DNA of 63,012 bases, counting the filler, from Octopus bimaculoides (Eukaryota): assembly GCF_001194135.2 (NCBI RefSeq). It is 6 parts of 5 records of this genome, joined end to end, with 100 filler letters (N's around TTAATTAATTAA, not from the genome) between each part and the next. Parts side by side here need not be neighbours in the genome. Positions count along the whole stretch, not along the records: positions 20,397 to 38,578 come from NC_068991.1; 5 more parts are not named here. One strand, 5' to 3'. A program made the position numbers and the translations under genes. The notes beneath the pieces are model-generated. The model made no database searches. It saw only the letters and a list, made by a program, of their open reading frames with translations, and was not told the origin of the DNA. Below, piece after piece: positions 23,601 through 37,081 of the stretch. Every line of letters starts with the position of its first letter. Positions within the stretch are counted from its first letter, which is position 1.

Positions 23601-23934
23601 CACCTACCCCTCACCTTTCTGTCATATCTCTTCATTTCTTATCTTATCCGACATTAAGTGTAACCAAATATTTAACGTTAATGTAGATTTGTTAAATATT
23701 TCGTAGTAATTATGTTGTAGAGATTTCTGTTTAGTAGTGTGTAAAATACTTTCGCGATTACTCTTATTGCAGCTAAGCTGCTCGTTAAATAAAACAGTGC
23801 ATTGGGTTTGTATTTATATACCTTTAAAAAAATATGAAAATCTCATTTATATCCTTAGTTCCTATGCTAACATCAATTAACCAGTGATAATATTTCATAA
23901 ACCGTAATTTATGACTATTGTGAACGATAGTCAG

Positions 23935-23950
23935 TCCACAACACACACAT

Positions 23951-24008
<58 letters not shown>

Positions 24009-24092
24009 GCACGCACACACACACACGCACGCACACGCACGCATGCACACACACACACATACACACACACACATACACAAATACACATACAC
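23935..24092. repeat. Compound (CA)n/(CG)n microsatellite
   Basis: Alternating purine-pyrimidine tract including a (CG)n run near 23994-24010. Confidence 0.95.
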
Positions 24093-24286
24093 AAAGCAAA
24101 CAATTTCATACATGTACCCAGATCTACACATCTGAATCGAAAATTATTGATGTATTTCTAAATACTAAATGGATTTGTCCTTCACTTAAAGACGAGAAAC
24201 TACTAAGAAAAAAAGAAAAACAGTTATTCGTAAAATCCAAGTCTTCATGAATCTACGCCATCCTTGTCTTTGAGTGTTTCACGTAC

Positions 24287-24362
24287 GATCTTGAAGGCGT
24301 AAAAATATTAACTTTCTTTTTTCTCTCATGTAAATAAATGAATATATAAATGAAGGTATAAT
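24287..24362 (-). CDS. Weak candidate upstream exon of the minus-strand gene
   Basis: Acceptor TGATTCTCTTGTCCTTTGCAG, donor C|GTACGT; the phase 0 to 1 frame IIPSFIYSFIYMREKRKLIFLRLQD joins the 19945 exon as LQDLNFTV; AT-rich and low complexity. Confidence 0.3.
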
Positions 24363-24577
24363 CTGCAAAGGACAAGAGAATCAATTGATGGTTTTAGAAA
24401 ATTTTCCCGCAGCTTTCTCTAACTAATCAAAGCACCCACAACAAACGTTTCGAATATGTTTTGCTTGTATATTTTTACGCTACTTCGTTTTTCAGTCGTA
24501 CGAAGAAATCTACACACGGGAAAATCAGATAAACGATTAAAAAATTTGCAAACACAAATACGTATGTACGCATAAAA

Positions 24578-24614
<37 letters not shown>

Positions 24615-25141
24615 CGCATATTAATATATACATACACACATTCAAAATATGTGCTGTTGTGCATTTGAGTAATTGTGCATTAATATATATATACACCTAA
24701 TCGTGTGCACACACACACACACAAATGCACGCATATACGTTTGACTTCCTATGTATTTATTCATGTACGTATGTATATTCATGTCGCTATACATGCATGC
24801 ATGAGTAAAAACAATCTCATGTGTGAACGTGGGCATCGTACCATAACAGAGCTAGCATTAAAGACTAGAATCATTTAACTAATTCTTCTTGAGCCACAGA
24901 TGTTAACTTATAATAAATGTCTTTTCTATTTACTACCACATTTATTTCACTGCATACTTGTGATCTGTAATTACTTTTCCTTTTAATAAATAATTGTAAT
25001 TTGACTTTGTAGTATTTAACAATCGATGTCAATCTTGGCTAATTGAAATAAAAATGACTTAATCTATCTTCTTGGTATTACTAATGTATTGCTGTGATGA
25101 TCGTTGTTGTTCAAGATGGCGGTATGGTTAGTGGACATGAA

Positions 25142-25335
25142 GGTAGCGAGCTGGCAGAATCGTTAGCACGCCGGACAAAATGTTTCGCAGAATGTTTTCC
25201 GGCTTTTTGTTCTGCGTTCAAACTCCAAGGTCTAATTTGCCCTTCATTCTTTCTGGGTCGACGAAATGAGTACCAGTGAAGTACAGAGATCAATATAGTT
25301 GCTTCTCCTTCTTCTCAAAAACCGCTGGCTCCGCT
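25142..25335 (+). mobile_element. SINE family B, degenerate
   Basis: GGTAGCGAGCTGGCAGAATCGTTAGCACGCCGG head. Confidence 0.75.
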
Positions 25336-25404
25336 GGCTCCGCTCCAAAATTTGGAGCCATTATTAGTGGCGGTGTCTTTGTAATCTTAAAAACTCATAC
25401 ACAC

Positions 25405-25593
25405 TGTTGTGTCGACGCCCCCCAGGCGAAGAAGTAGGATCTCCCAAGACATATAAATAGAGGTAGCCTGGCCGTGGTAGGTGTGTTGAGTAGAAGCCGA
25501 GTAGCAGATGAGTAGCAGTCGAGTAGCAGTTGTGTAGCGGTTGAGTAGAGATCATCCGAAGGTGCTAGATAGCAGTAGCGTTGAGACATAACA
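25405..25593 (+). mobile_element. Solo LTR related to the Mag element LTRs
   Basis: TGTTGTGTCGACGCCCCCCAGGCGAAGAAGTAGG...GTTGAGTAGAGATCATCCGAA...CATAACA; imperfect 5-bp TSD CACAC / CACAT. Confidence 0.8.
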
Positions 25594-25779
25594 CACATAC
25601 ATACGCTCATGCAGATATATACATATAAAGGTATAAATATATGCCTACACAAAAGCTCATGCACACACACACACACACACGCAATAGTTCATTTTCCGAA
25701 CGGTGGAACTATGAAGCTATAAATAACAACGTGTAAATATTAGTTTAAAAATCCCTTTAAAAACAAAAATGCGAAGACC

Positions 25780-26165
25780 GAATCGTTAGCACCTCGGACA
25801 CAAAGTTTAACCGTATTATTTCTGATTCGTTATGTTCTGAGTTCAAATCCCGTCCAAGTTAACTTTGCTTTTCATCTCGCGGTCGATAAAATAAATTAAC
25901 AGGTAAGTACTGGGGTCGATTTAATCGATTTTAGCCCTTCTTTTGAAGTTGCTGACCGAGTTGGCAGAATCGTTAGTATGCCGGGCAAAATGCTTTGCGG
26001 CATTTCGTCCGTCTTTACATTCTGAATTCAAATTCTGTTGAAGTCGACTTTGCAGTTCATACCATCGGGGGTCGATAAAATAAGTACCAGTGGAGACCTG
26101 GGGTCGACGAAATCGACTATCCCCCCTCCCCCAAATTTAGGCCTTGTGCTTTTAGTAGAAAGGAC
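25780..26165 (+). mobile_element. Two head-to-tail SINE B copies
   Basis: Two GAATCGTTAG...TTC(T)GAGTTCAAAT...GGGGTCGA blocks; followed by a compound CTA/ATT/AGT tail to about 26290. Confidence 0.8.
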
Positions 26166-26179
26166 TACTGCTGTTGCTG

Positions 26180-26260
<81 letters not shown>

Positions 26261-27234
26261 GTAGTAGTAGTAGTAGTAATAGTAGTAGTAGAAGGAATGG
26301 TAGTGGTGGTGATACTTGTTCTCAAGTTAAATTATTGCTACAATTCTGTATAGGATTCTTGACATCCTGTCCAGTTTATGTCTGTAGTAAATATATTTAT
26401 ATATGACGGCGCTTGAAGGATAACAAATTTTGTGTAATTCATAAGTCGTTGTACTTCAAAACTTCAAAAATGTATAAGTAATTCTAAAATTAGAATTTTG
26501 TTTTAATTCAAAAGCAGATGTCAAGGATGTTTTCTTCAGGTTTGGTTGGAATTAACGAGAATTGACAATATTATGTAACCATTTATTTCGAATAATTATT
26601 CACTTCCTTGATATTGCTATATTTATAATTCTGAGGCGGTATTCTCCATACCGCTGGTTTCAAAATTGACATGGCGTTATAAGCTTTAGATGCTGATAGT
26701 GAAGATGTATGTATTCTAAACAAGTTCCTTCTAACATCCAGTATTGTGAGCTTATTGCTAGCTGATTGCTTCCATTTGTTCAAACAGCATTTCAAGATTT
26801 GATCTATTCATATGCCTTGATAATACCGTTTCTTATTCTTTGTATTGACTAAACCATAATTCAAACTCATCTGTCCTAGCTTCCATTTGCGCATGCCTAT
26901 TGCTTAAGCTTGCCGCCATTAAGCCAGTTATATCTGCTAATCTTATTTACACAAACACTGAAGATACACATACAGCAAAACATCGATTTAAATATTATTC
27001 AGGTGTATTAGTTAGTAGATAAGGTAAGAAACCTATTCGGTATTATATTGAATTATCAGTTAAGTAAATTAGAATATATCTACAACAATCCATCTACCAA
27101 ACTACCTACCTACCTACCTACCTACCTATCTATCTTCGTTTGGATCTTTCACTTTCTCTCTTTACACACACATATATATGCATATATATTCACATGTATT
27201 TATATGTACACACACACACGCGCGCACGCGCACG

Positions 27235-27284
<50 letters not shown>

Positions 27285-27294
27285 CATATATATA

Positions 27295-27520
27295 TGGCCT
27301 AATGGTTAGGTGTATTCCACTGACATTCGTGAGATCGTAGTTTCGATTCTCAAGCAAAACGTTCATTTCACATGGCCCCAGTCCACTTAGCTGTAAACAG
27401 GTAATCCTGTGATTGACAAGCTTTCCAAATAGGACGAATACTGGCGCACATGCCTAGTCAGCTAAAACGATGCAAAGCACATTGTGACCAGTGATGTGTA
27501 ACATTTGATAATCTGGTCAA
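27295..27520 (+). mobile_element. Degenerate tRNA-derived SINE, family D, possibly V-domain-like
   Basis: GCCTAATGGTTAG head, GTTTCGATTC B-box-like; related copy at 43583-43820. Confidence 0.5.
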
Positions 27521-27534
27521 CCAAATGATCATAA

Positions 27535-27593
<59 letters not shown>

Positions 27594-28004
27594 GCACACA
27601 AATATGGTTTAAAAAATATATTCGGATATTCGGAGAATCAAGCGGAATTTCTAAGCAACACTGCTGGGGAACCGGCTACCAGGCTGCACAGAAATTGAAT
27701 ATAAGAAGCAAATTAGCGTGACTAAGGACATGAAAATCCAGAGATCATTGATAGTAATGTTACAACTCTGGACATAATAAAAATAAGCATTGAAATGTCA
27801 GAGAAGTGTGAAGGAAAATAAGATTTGATTCTGAAGGGTTACAGCCATTTCATAATGTTAACAATGTGAGAAGAGTATTTACGCCCTATATACCTATGTA
27901 TTAGAGTCCGTGATGCAATCGCAAGTGCATTCTGCAACGGCTGTAACCGAACGAAATGAAATCCTATTTTGCCTCTTACTCCGCCCGAACTTCAAAGATC
28001 ATTA

Positions 28005-28600
28005 TTATTCAACGTTTGGTAGTTTCAGGCAAATTTCTATTGCCTCACTCGCTACACCTCCGTGTTGTTGGGGTGTGTGCCACTTTCTGTGTTCCTTTTA
28101 TTTTTGTTGCTGGGAGAGTGCAAACTCTTACCGGTATTGTATTGCGTCAGTTTGTTTTGTGAAAGGGTCTGGTTGCTGTCTTTTGTTGTAATAGTGCTTG
28201 TATTGCGTGTTGTGTATGTGATGCGAGTTGTGTTACTCTACTGGGCTTTCGGCCTGTTTATGGCTGTCTCTTTTCTTGGATATTTGCTATATAGTGAGTG
28301 TGTTGTGTTTGTGGATTGTTTTGTTAGGGCTGTATAATTGAATTGATAGTGTCTTGCGTAGGATGTGGGCTGTTCATAGCAGGGCTATTTTTTGAATAGT
28401 CTGCAGTGCTGAGGATCCAGGTATAGCATTTATGTTTTGTTCATATTAATTTTTTTTATCATATCCAATGCTACCGTTATTACTGGTATTGTTTTCACCT
28501 TCATGCCCACAACTTGAATACTTGAATTTCAAGATCTTTGTACTTTCACAAAATATCCACTTCTTTTTGGGCAATATTTAATACGCACGTCTGTGACGTA
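28005..28600 (-). mobile_element. R4/Dong-like LINE 3' end: RLE domain C-terminus and UTR
   Basis: KYKDLEIQ...MKVKTIPVI...IPGSS...IQKIALL*TAHILRKTLS; ends in an AATAATAAT tail. Confidence 0.8.
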
Positions 28601-29044
28601 GAAAAACGCTCCGCAAGGTAGATAATAGGTAAAGCATTAGTGAGATCTGATACACTTTTCGATACCGGCTAAGTTGTGTCTTATCTTTCGTTAGTGAGAA
28701 TTGATACATCGTAATTAAATTATAATTTTTCATGTAAAATGAATCAATACGCAAAAATAAAATTATTCTAATATTTAATTACACTAAATTCTAAATTATA
28801 ATATAATAAAATATATTGAATTATATACTCAAAAACATAACTGAATATAACATGTGAACATGTGATGTATCGTTGTTTAAATATATGTGTGTGTGTTTGT
28901 GTGTATACATGTATATATAAACATATATATACACCCATACGTGCATAGGCACAAAACTACACGTCACACATAAGTATGGATACATACATCCCTCTCTCAC
29001 ATTTTTCTCTCTCTCTCCTTCTGTATATATGTATGTATATATGT

Positions 29045-29612
29045 ATATGTGTGTATGAGTGTAGCTCTTACTTGTTTCAGTCACTAGACTGTGGCCATGT
29101 TGGGGCACCACATTGAAGAACTCTAGTACTTATTTTTTGAGTTTGATATCTACTCTGTCGGTTTCTTTAGTCGAACCGCTAGGTTAAGGGGGCGTAGGCA
29201 TACCAACACCAGTTTTGAAGCAGTAGACAAGGACACACACACACACACACACACATACACATTATTATTATTATTATTATTATTACGGTGGTGAACTGAC
29301 AGAATCGTTAATATGCCAGGTGAAATGCTCATTGGTATTTGATCCATCTTTTTGATCTTAGTTCAAATTCTGCCCGAGGACGACATTGCCTTTCATCCTT
29401 AAGGATAAATAAACACACACACGAACACACGCACACACGCACACACACACACATATATATATATATATACAGCTAATTTCTGTCTATCAAATCCACTCGA
29501 ATTTTGGTCGGCTCTAGGCTAAGGTAGAAGACACTTGCTTGTCCAAGGTACTGCACAGTGGGACTGAACCTGGGACAATGTAGTTGCGAAACCAACTTTT
29601 TACCACATAGCT
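29045..29612 (-). mobile_element. SINE A interrupted by a SINE B fragment (29286-29410, +)
   Basis: Tail at 29045-29260, head at 29470-29612, SINE B head inside the internal microsatellite. Confidence 0.75.
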
Positions 29613-29833
29613 ACGCTTGCATATATGTATGCATATATATGTGCGTGTGTGTGTGTCTGTGTATGTGTGTGCGTGTGTGCATGCATACTTTCACATATTT
29701 TTCTGAACAGAGAACTAATTTCCAACCTACCACATGGTTGTAAATATATACATGAATGATAAATCTTTACTTACCTTTTCATTGATACACACACACACAC
29801 AGACACACAGACACAGATACACACACACAGACA

Positions 29834-29872
<39 letters not shown>

Positions 29873-30090
29873 ATACATATACCTATGTGTGTGTGATCTA
29901 TTTTAAATGTCTCACTTCAACGAGCTCTAAACCATTCAGTTCAATATAACTTTTCTCATAAATATTTCTGACCATTGAAATATTTCTCCCAGGGAATCAC
30001 ATTTTCCTGGACAAACTGCACTTACTTCACATATTATACTGTCTATTCAATTTTTATATATCTGATAAGCCATAAATCCGTCACTAACAT

Positions 30091-30136
<46 letters not shown>

Positions 30137-30154
30137 ACAACCATAATAATAATA

Positions 30155-30620
30155 ATCCCTTCTACTATAGCCACACTGCCTGAACTTTTGCGGGAGGGCC
30201 TGTCGATTAGATCGACTCCATTTCGCAACTTGTACTTAATTTATCAACCCCAAAAGGATGAAAGACAAAGTCGACATCGGCGGAATTCGAACTCAGAACC
30301 TAGTGACAGACGAACTACCGCTAAGTATTTCGCCCAGCGTGCTAACGATTCTGCCAGCTCGCCACCTTACTAATGATAGTAGCAGTAGTTGTAGTAGTAG
30401 TAATCCTTTCTATTTTAGGTACAAGGCATGGCATTCTGCGGGAAGGGGCCAGTCGATTAGATCGACCTCAGTACTCAACTGGTACAGGATTTATTGACCC
30501 CGAAAGGATGAAAGGCAAAGTAGACCTTAGCAGAATTTGATCTCAGAACGAAGCGACGGGTGAAATACCGCTAAGCATTTCGTCCGGAGCGCTAACGATG
30601 GTGCCAGCTCGTCGCCTTAC
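30155..30620 (-). mobile_element. Two head-to-tail SINE B copies
   Basis: CGCTAAGTATTTCGCCCAGCGTGCTAACGATTCTGCCAGCTCGCC and a second copy ending at about 30620; tails run into (CAA)n and (TAG)n. Confidence 0.85.
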
Positions 30621-30621
30621 T

Positions 30622-30752
<131 letters not shown>

Positions 30753-30774
30753 AGTAAAGATAACAATAATAACT

Positions 30775-31795
30775 TTTCGGAGAAAGCAATGAGAGAATGG
30801 AATGTAGAACTGAGATGTGCAAATGAACCGCTAGCTAACGTGGATATGCATGGAGGTATTTCCGAAGGAGACATGCCCACTCCGTTAGTCTGCGTCATTG
30901 CGCTAAACTGTCTGATTAATATACTGAGAAAATTCACGTCTGCTTATTAGTTTGCCAAAACCAGGATGAGAATAACTCACCTAATTTATCTGGATGACCT
31001 CAAAATATATACAAAAATGAGACAGACCTGGATTCGGTTATACAGACATGAAGAATATTCAGTAAAGATATTGGAATGCAGTTTGGGGTAGATAAGTGCG
31101 CAGTATTAACTAGGAGCAGAAGTCGGAAGATAAAATGTGCTTGCATAAAATTGACACAGCACCATTTGATCGCTATGGAATAATGAGGTATACAATTACC
31201 TCGGAGTACTGCAAAGCGACAAGATAATGGAAAGAGAAATGAGACAGAAAGGCACTAAAGAGTACAAAAGGAACATTAGGAAGGTTCTGAAGACAAAATT
31301 GAATAAGGGGACATCATGAAAGCTATAAATATATAGGCAATGTCAGTGTTGATAAACTCTGCCCCTTTGCTGAAATGGACGAAGATCGAGCAACAGAATT
31401 CGGATAGAAAAACTAGAAAGCTGCTAACGACGCACAACGCACTGTATCTTAAAACAAATTCTGACCGAATCATGTAGTCAATAAAGGAATTTAGTAGCAG
31501 ATCAATAAACACGAGAGACACTGTTGGTAATGCGATATTGGAGCTGCAAACTGATGTTCTACTGGTTAAAGAAAGAATACTTTCTTCCGCCAGAGATACC
31601 AAACAAGTGACTGAAACAGCAATAGAATGCATAGAGAAAATGAAGAACAACAGAATGAACACACGCAAATAAATAGAACTGCATGGCCAATTGATGCATC
31701 AAACCGAAAATGATGGAAGTGAAGCCCGCTGACTTTGGCTGACGGACGGGCACGCGAAACGAGAAACAGAAACGTTAATTATAACCACTCAGAAC
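30775..31795 (+). mobile_element. R4/Dong-like LINE, RT to post-RT region, decayed
   Basis: GISEGDMPTP (QGD-x-LSP remnant), ITHLIYLDDLKIY, FSKDIGMQFGVDKCA, LHGQL...WLTDGHAKRETE. Confidence 0.8.
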
Positions 31796-32309
31796 ATACA
31801 TACATACATGCATACATACATACATGCATATATATATATATATATATATATACATGCATACACACCTACGTGCATATATATATATAGATATAAAACTATC
31901 GTAAATATGTGGGTAATAAATTAAAATAACTTATTACCAGTGGTTAGCATGCATAAATAAAAGTCATAAGGTATAAACTACTTTTAAAAATATAAGAGTG
32001 TATAGAATGTTTTTATACATAAAGAGGAGACCCATAGTTTGGTTTTTAACTGGCCTTTTTAGCATGTAAGGAGTCCTGTCAATGGTCTCCTTTTGTGTAT
32101 TTCATTCGCAAGATATTAATCAGCCCGGTGTAGAGTAGGAGACACTTGCCTAAACTGCCGCGCAGTGTGGCTCAACCCGGAACTGCGTGGTTAAAAAGCG
32201 AACGTCTAAACTACAAAATGATGTCTTTACCTTACACACCCATACCTGTGCCTCACACTCCAATTACTTCATTGAAATTTTGACATGAACTTAATAGTTC
32301 TGGTATTCT

Positions 32310-33163
32310 TTTATTCTGTTACTTGTTTCAGACATTTGATTGTGGCTATGCTAGAGCACCACCTTTAGTCGAACAAATCGACCCCAGGACTTATTTTTTG
32401 TAAGCCTAGTACTTATTGTATCGTTGTCTTTTGTCGAACCGCTATCTTACGAGGATGTAAACACATTAAAATCAGTTGTCAAGTGATGGTGGAGGACAAA
32501 CACGCACACACACACACAAACACAAATACACACACACAAACACACACACACAAATACACACACCCACACACACAAATACACACACAAAAACACACACACA
32601 CAAATACACACACACACACAAATACACACACACAATCACACACACACACATACACACACACATACACACACACACACACACACACATAATTTTGACATTA
32701 ACTTAATAGTTCTNNNNNNNNNNCACACACACACACATAATTTTGACATTAACTTAATAGTTCTGGTATTCTTATATTCTTTTACTTGTTTCAGTCATTT
32801 GACTGCGGCCATGCTGGAGCTCCACCTTTAGTCGAACAAATCGACCCCAGGACTTATTCTTTGTAAGCCTAATGCTTATTCTATCGGTCTCTTTTGCCAA
32901 AATGCTAAGTTACGGTGACGTAAACACACCAGCGTCGATTGTCAAGCGATGGTGGTGGTGGTGGTGGGGGACAAAAACAGACACACAAGCATACACACAT
33001 ATATATATAAACGACGGGCTTCTTTCAGTTTCCGCCTACCAAATCTACTCTAAAAGCTTTGGTCAACTCGAGGGTATAGTAGAAGACGCCCAAGGTGCCA
33101 TGCAGTGGGACTGAACCCCGAACCATGTGGTTGGAAAGCAAGCTACTTACCACATAGCCACTC
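32310..33163 (-). mobile_element. SINE A full copy (32775-33163) plus duplicated 3' half (32310-32500)
   Basis: Both copies end at the same flank AATTTTGACAT(G/T)AACTTAATAGTTCTGGTATTCTT. Confidence 0.85.
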
Positions 33164-33619
33164 AGTAATTTATTTAGTAGAAGTTGATAAAACGTGGTGT
33201 TTGCTTTAAATTCATTTTTTTTTTATAGCAACGTAACGTGTCTTTGTTATAAAAAGAACAGACTTCGTTAAACATGAATACAACTGCATTTGATAGAAAA
33301 AAGAACTAGTTATCAGAGCACGAGAAAAGAACAAGCAGAACGTCAAGGAAAGATTCCCACTTCAGATACTTTATATATTGCATTCCTGAAAAGGAAACGC
33401 GGAGTCTATGAATTACTTGAAGGGTTACAAGACTAGTTTTGAAAGAAAGGAAATTATCTTCAGTCAAGTGACATGGCACGAATGTCTTCTATAGTTGTGG
33501 TCTTAAAATGAGTGAAATGCTAAGTCGATTGCTTAAAATATTGTTCCAGGTTTTCTATCTTTGCATATTTCACTCTTTGCAGGATCAGAAGTTTCAATAA
33601 TAACAACAACAACAACAAC

Positions 33620-33745
33620 AATAATCCTTTCTACTATAGGCACAAGGCCTTAAGTTTTGGGGAAGGGGACCAGTCGATTAGACTGTCCCCAGTACGTAAC
33701 TGGTACTTAATTTATCGACCCCAAAAGGATGAAAAGCAGATTGAA
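33620..33745 (-). mobile_element. SINE B 3' fragment
   Basis: CCTTTCTACTATAGGCACAAGGCCT...CCCCAAAAGGATGAAAAGC; (CAA)n tail. Confidence 0.7.
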
Positions 33746-34210
33746 GCCACTTGACACAGACTGACCTTGAATTCTGTTGTGCATGCGCACGAATCTTTAA
33801 CGTTCTAACTCACTTCCGCTGTTTACAACAGTGCTTGGGAAGGAAATTATGCAAACTATGGCCGAAATTGACCATATGGGTGAGTGGGACATCGTCCCTT
33901 ATGTGGATCTATGTACAAGCGGGTGTGTGCGAATGTATGTATACGAACCCCGACCTAATCTAGCTAGCTAAGAGTTTAAAATATTGTGTTTAAGAAAAGT
34001 GAAAATTGAAACATTTACTGTAAAAAAACCAGAAGATCGTAGTCTTCGGTTGTCAACTCTCTTTGACTGATAAAAATATAAGAGTTTCTTCCCTTTCAGG
34101 ATGAGGATTTTTTTATTATCATTTTCCCATTATGCACTGGTATTTTTACTTAGGGAAACCTTTGATATTTTGATAACCTCTTTACCGATTAACGCGAAAC
34201 NNNNNNNNNN

Positions 34211-34247
<37 letters not shown>

Positions 34248-35284
34248 TCTCTTACACAACATCTCTCTTAATTAAGACATTTCAAAATATCAATATTCGG
34301 TTTAATTTGTTATCATGTTTTATAACTCCAAACCATTACACGCTAGCCATAATATATACATACACGTACACACACACATACACGCCCGCCCACGCGCGCA
34401 CATAGATACACATAATAAATATAAATATATACACATATGTGTATATGTGTTGTATGTATTTATGTATGTATATGTCATTAGGTCTGTCAAAATTAGATTT
34501 CTTATATTATGAGCCAATTTTTGCTCGTTATTTAAATATGATGGCATACATTATGCCCGCTAAATCCTACTAAAATCACTCCAAGCTGTCAAATGATTCC
34601 TTCAGTAACCCGAAATATTCAAGATTTCTTCAATATCATTTGTCTGTTACTTTGTAATAACATATGAGTTACGCCCCTTATTTTATTTCTATATACAATA
34701 GTTTATGAAAATTACTTAAAAGTTCCCTTCATATTTCTAGGAGTTTTGTTATATACCTAATAAATCCAGGAACATATTGGACAGTAATTTCATTTGATTT
34801 GCATTCTCTTACTAATTGAAGCGGCACATAATATATTTTCTTATAAATAACTATGCATCAAGAATAGTTTCCATTTTCTAAACATTAATTCGATCAGTTT
34901 AAGTTAATAAAACGATTCATTTTCATGAGTTAATGAAAGTATCGTGAATAAATATTACAATTTGCAATTTTGTACACCGGTATTGAGTTCACATTTCAAA
35001 TCTGAGTTTGTTCTTCCGAACAAACTCGCTTTAAAACACACACTCACAGAGACATATACAAGTACACACAAGCACTCACGTAGCACACACACACACGCGC
35101 GCACACTCCCGTCCTCATATAGTAGTTTGCTTTTCCCTAACGGCTTAGATATTAGCCATTATATATTCAGTGTAAATTATATACATTCTATAAACTCATA
35201 ATTTATCTCATGCTGAGTTAAATTACATTTTAAATATTTATATCACTCGTAGTTATGAATTAGGTTGTAATCTTTCATTCAATC

Positions 35285-35348
<64 letters not shown>

Positions 35349-35454
35349 TTTTTTTCCCTATTCTTCCATTATAGATTTCAAATTTAATGTGTATTTATAA
35401 TATTAGTTATAACCCTAGGAAACATTTCGAATTCACCATCGACATGTTGATCGC

Positions 35455-35835
35455 CATTGTCATCATCATCATCATCATCATCACCATCATCATCATCGAC
35501 GTCGTCCTCATCATCGACGTCGTCCTCATCATCGACGTCGTCCTCATCATCGTCATCGTCATCATCATCATCATCATCATCTTCAACACCATCATAATCG
35601 TCGTGGTCGTCATCATCGCTAACATCATCTTGTTCGCCATTACATCCACCCTCATCACCATCATCATCACCATCACCACCACCACCACCACCACCACCAC
35701 CATCCCCACCATCTTCATTGCTATCATTATCCTCATTATGACTCTCATCACCAACAGAATTCTTCTTCTTCTTCTTCTTCTTCTTCTTCTTCTTCTTCTT
35801 CTTCTTCTTCTTCTTCTTCTTCTGCTTCTTCTTCT
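35455..35835. repeat. Complex trinucleotide array (CAT/CAC/CTT) with an 18-bp unit repeated three times
   Basis: CATCATCGACGTCGTCCT x3 at about 35491-35544; (CTT)n at 35762-35836. Confidence 0.9.
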
Positions 35836-37038
35836 TTGGTGACGGTGTTGATGTTGATGTTGTATTGGCGATGTTTTTTTAGTGAAAGCTATTGCTGACG
35901 TAGTTATTCATATTTTGAAACCACTCAGCCTTGATTGCGGTTACCTCTGTCTTTCAAACAATCAACGCCTTAGAGATTATCGACTCAAAACTCATCAGTG
36001 GAGTTACATAACCTAACAAACAGCTATTAGGAGCGGTTTACCAGAAGTCAAACTACAGGATAAATCTGTTTCTTGAAATAGAAGCATAAAGGAATTTAAA
36101 CAATATAGTCTTAGTATTTTCATTTGCTTCATTGGAACTCTAACACCATTAAGATCTTTATCGCTCTGTTTTTAATATCTCACGTGATTGTTATAGTAGC
36201 TTTTAATCGTTTGGCTGTTTCGACTCTTGTAAAATGTAAACAAACTAGCTTTTACCGTTTCTTCAGGTGCTATAAGAAAGAGAGAGAAAGAGAAAGAGAG
36301 AGAGAGAAAGAGAGAGGGAGAGAGAGGGAGGGAAAGAGAGATATAGAAACAGACAAATAGACAGACAGGGGGAGAGAGAAACAGACAAATAGACATACAG
36401 GGGGAGAGAAGAGATATCCTTGCTGTGTAATCTATTGTTAAATAAACTAACAGTTAAGCCGCTGTATCAAACGATGCATAGGTTTTAATTGCTAATAGGC
36501 CACCCTTTTAAATTTGTTGTTTACACGTTTACCGTTTTGAAAATTAGCACATGTTTTCAACGATTTTTCTTATAAAACTAACAGGGGTAGTTGAGTTTAA
36601 CCCTAGGTGTTAAGAGTCGCTGATGAATATTAAGATGGTCTACATAAAAATCCGAACGTGATCCGAGTGTATATGCTGGGGACTTACCTCCGCTTGTCAG
36701 TCAGAAAGACAGTGGTTTTGTGGTTTTTGAGTTGTTTTAACTCTTATTTTTAACAAAAACGGTGCTAGTCAGTAACTCTGTCACTTTTGTAACCCTCTCC
36801 CCCCTCTATCTCTACAGACACACAGAGACATGTATTTCAAAATGTAACCACGTGTATATCGTTGGCGATTTTTTTCCCTCCGTCTTCCCTTTCTTTGGAC
36901 TTTCTCCTATTTCCGAAAAAGAGTTTGGCTCGAAACGTTAAATTCTCTTTCCTTCCTTTCCTGAGCATCTGATAATACAGTACTTGTACCACGTCCTCGC
37001 GTTATTGTTTTTTCTTGTTTGTTCTTCTTTGTTTGGAT

Positions 37039-37081
<43 letters not shown>

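Noticed and set aside
32680-32763. Short exact repeat across a gap
   Set aside because: Contig overlap at a 10-N gap
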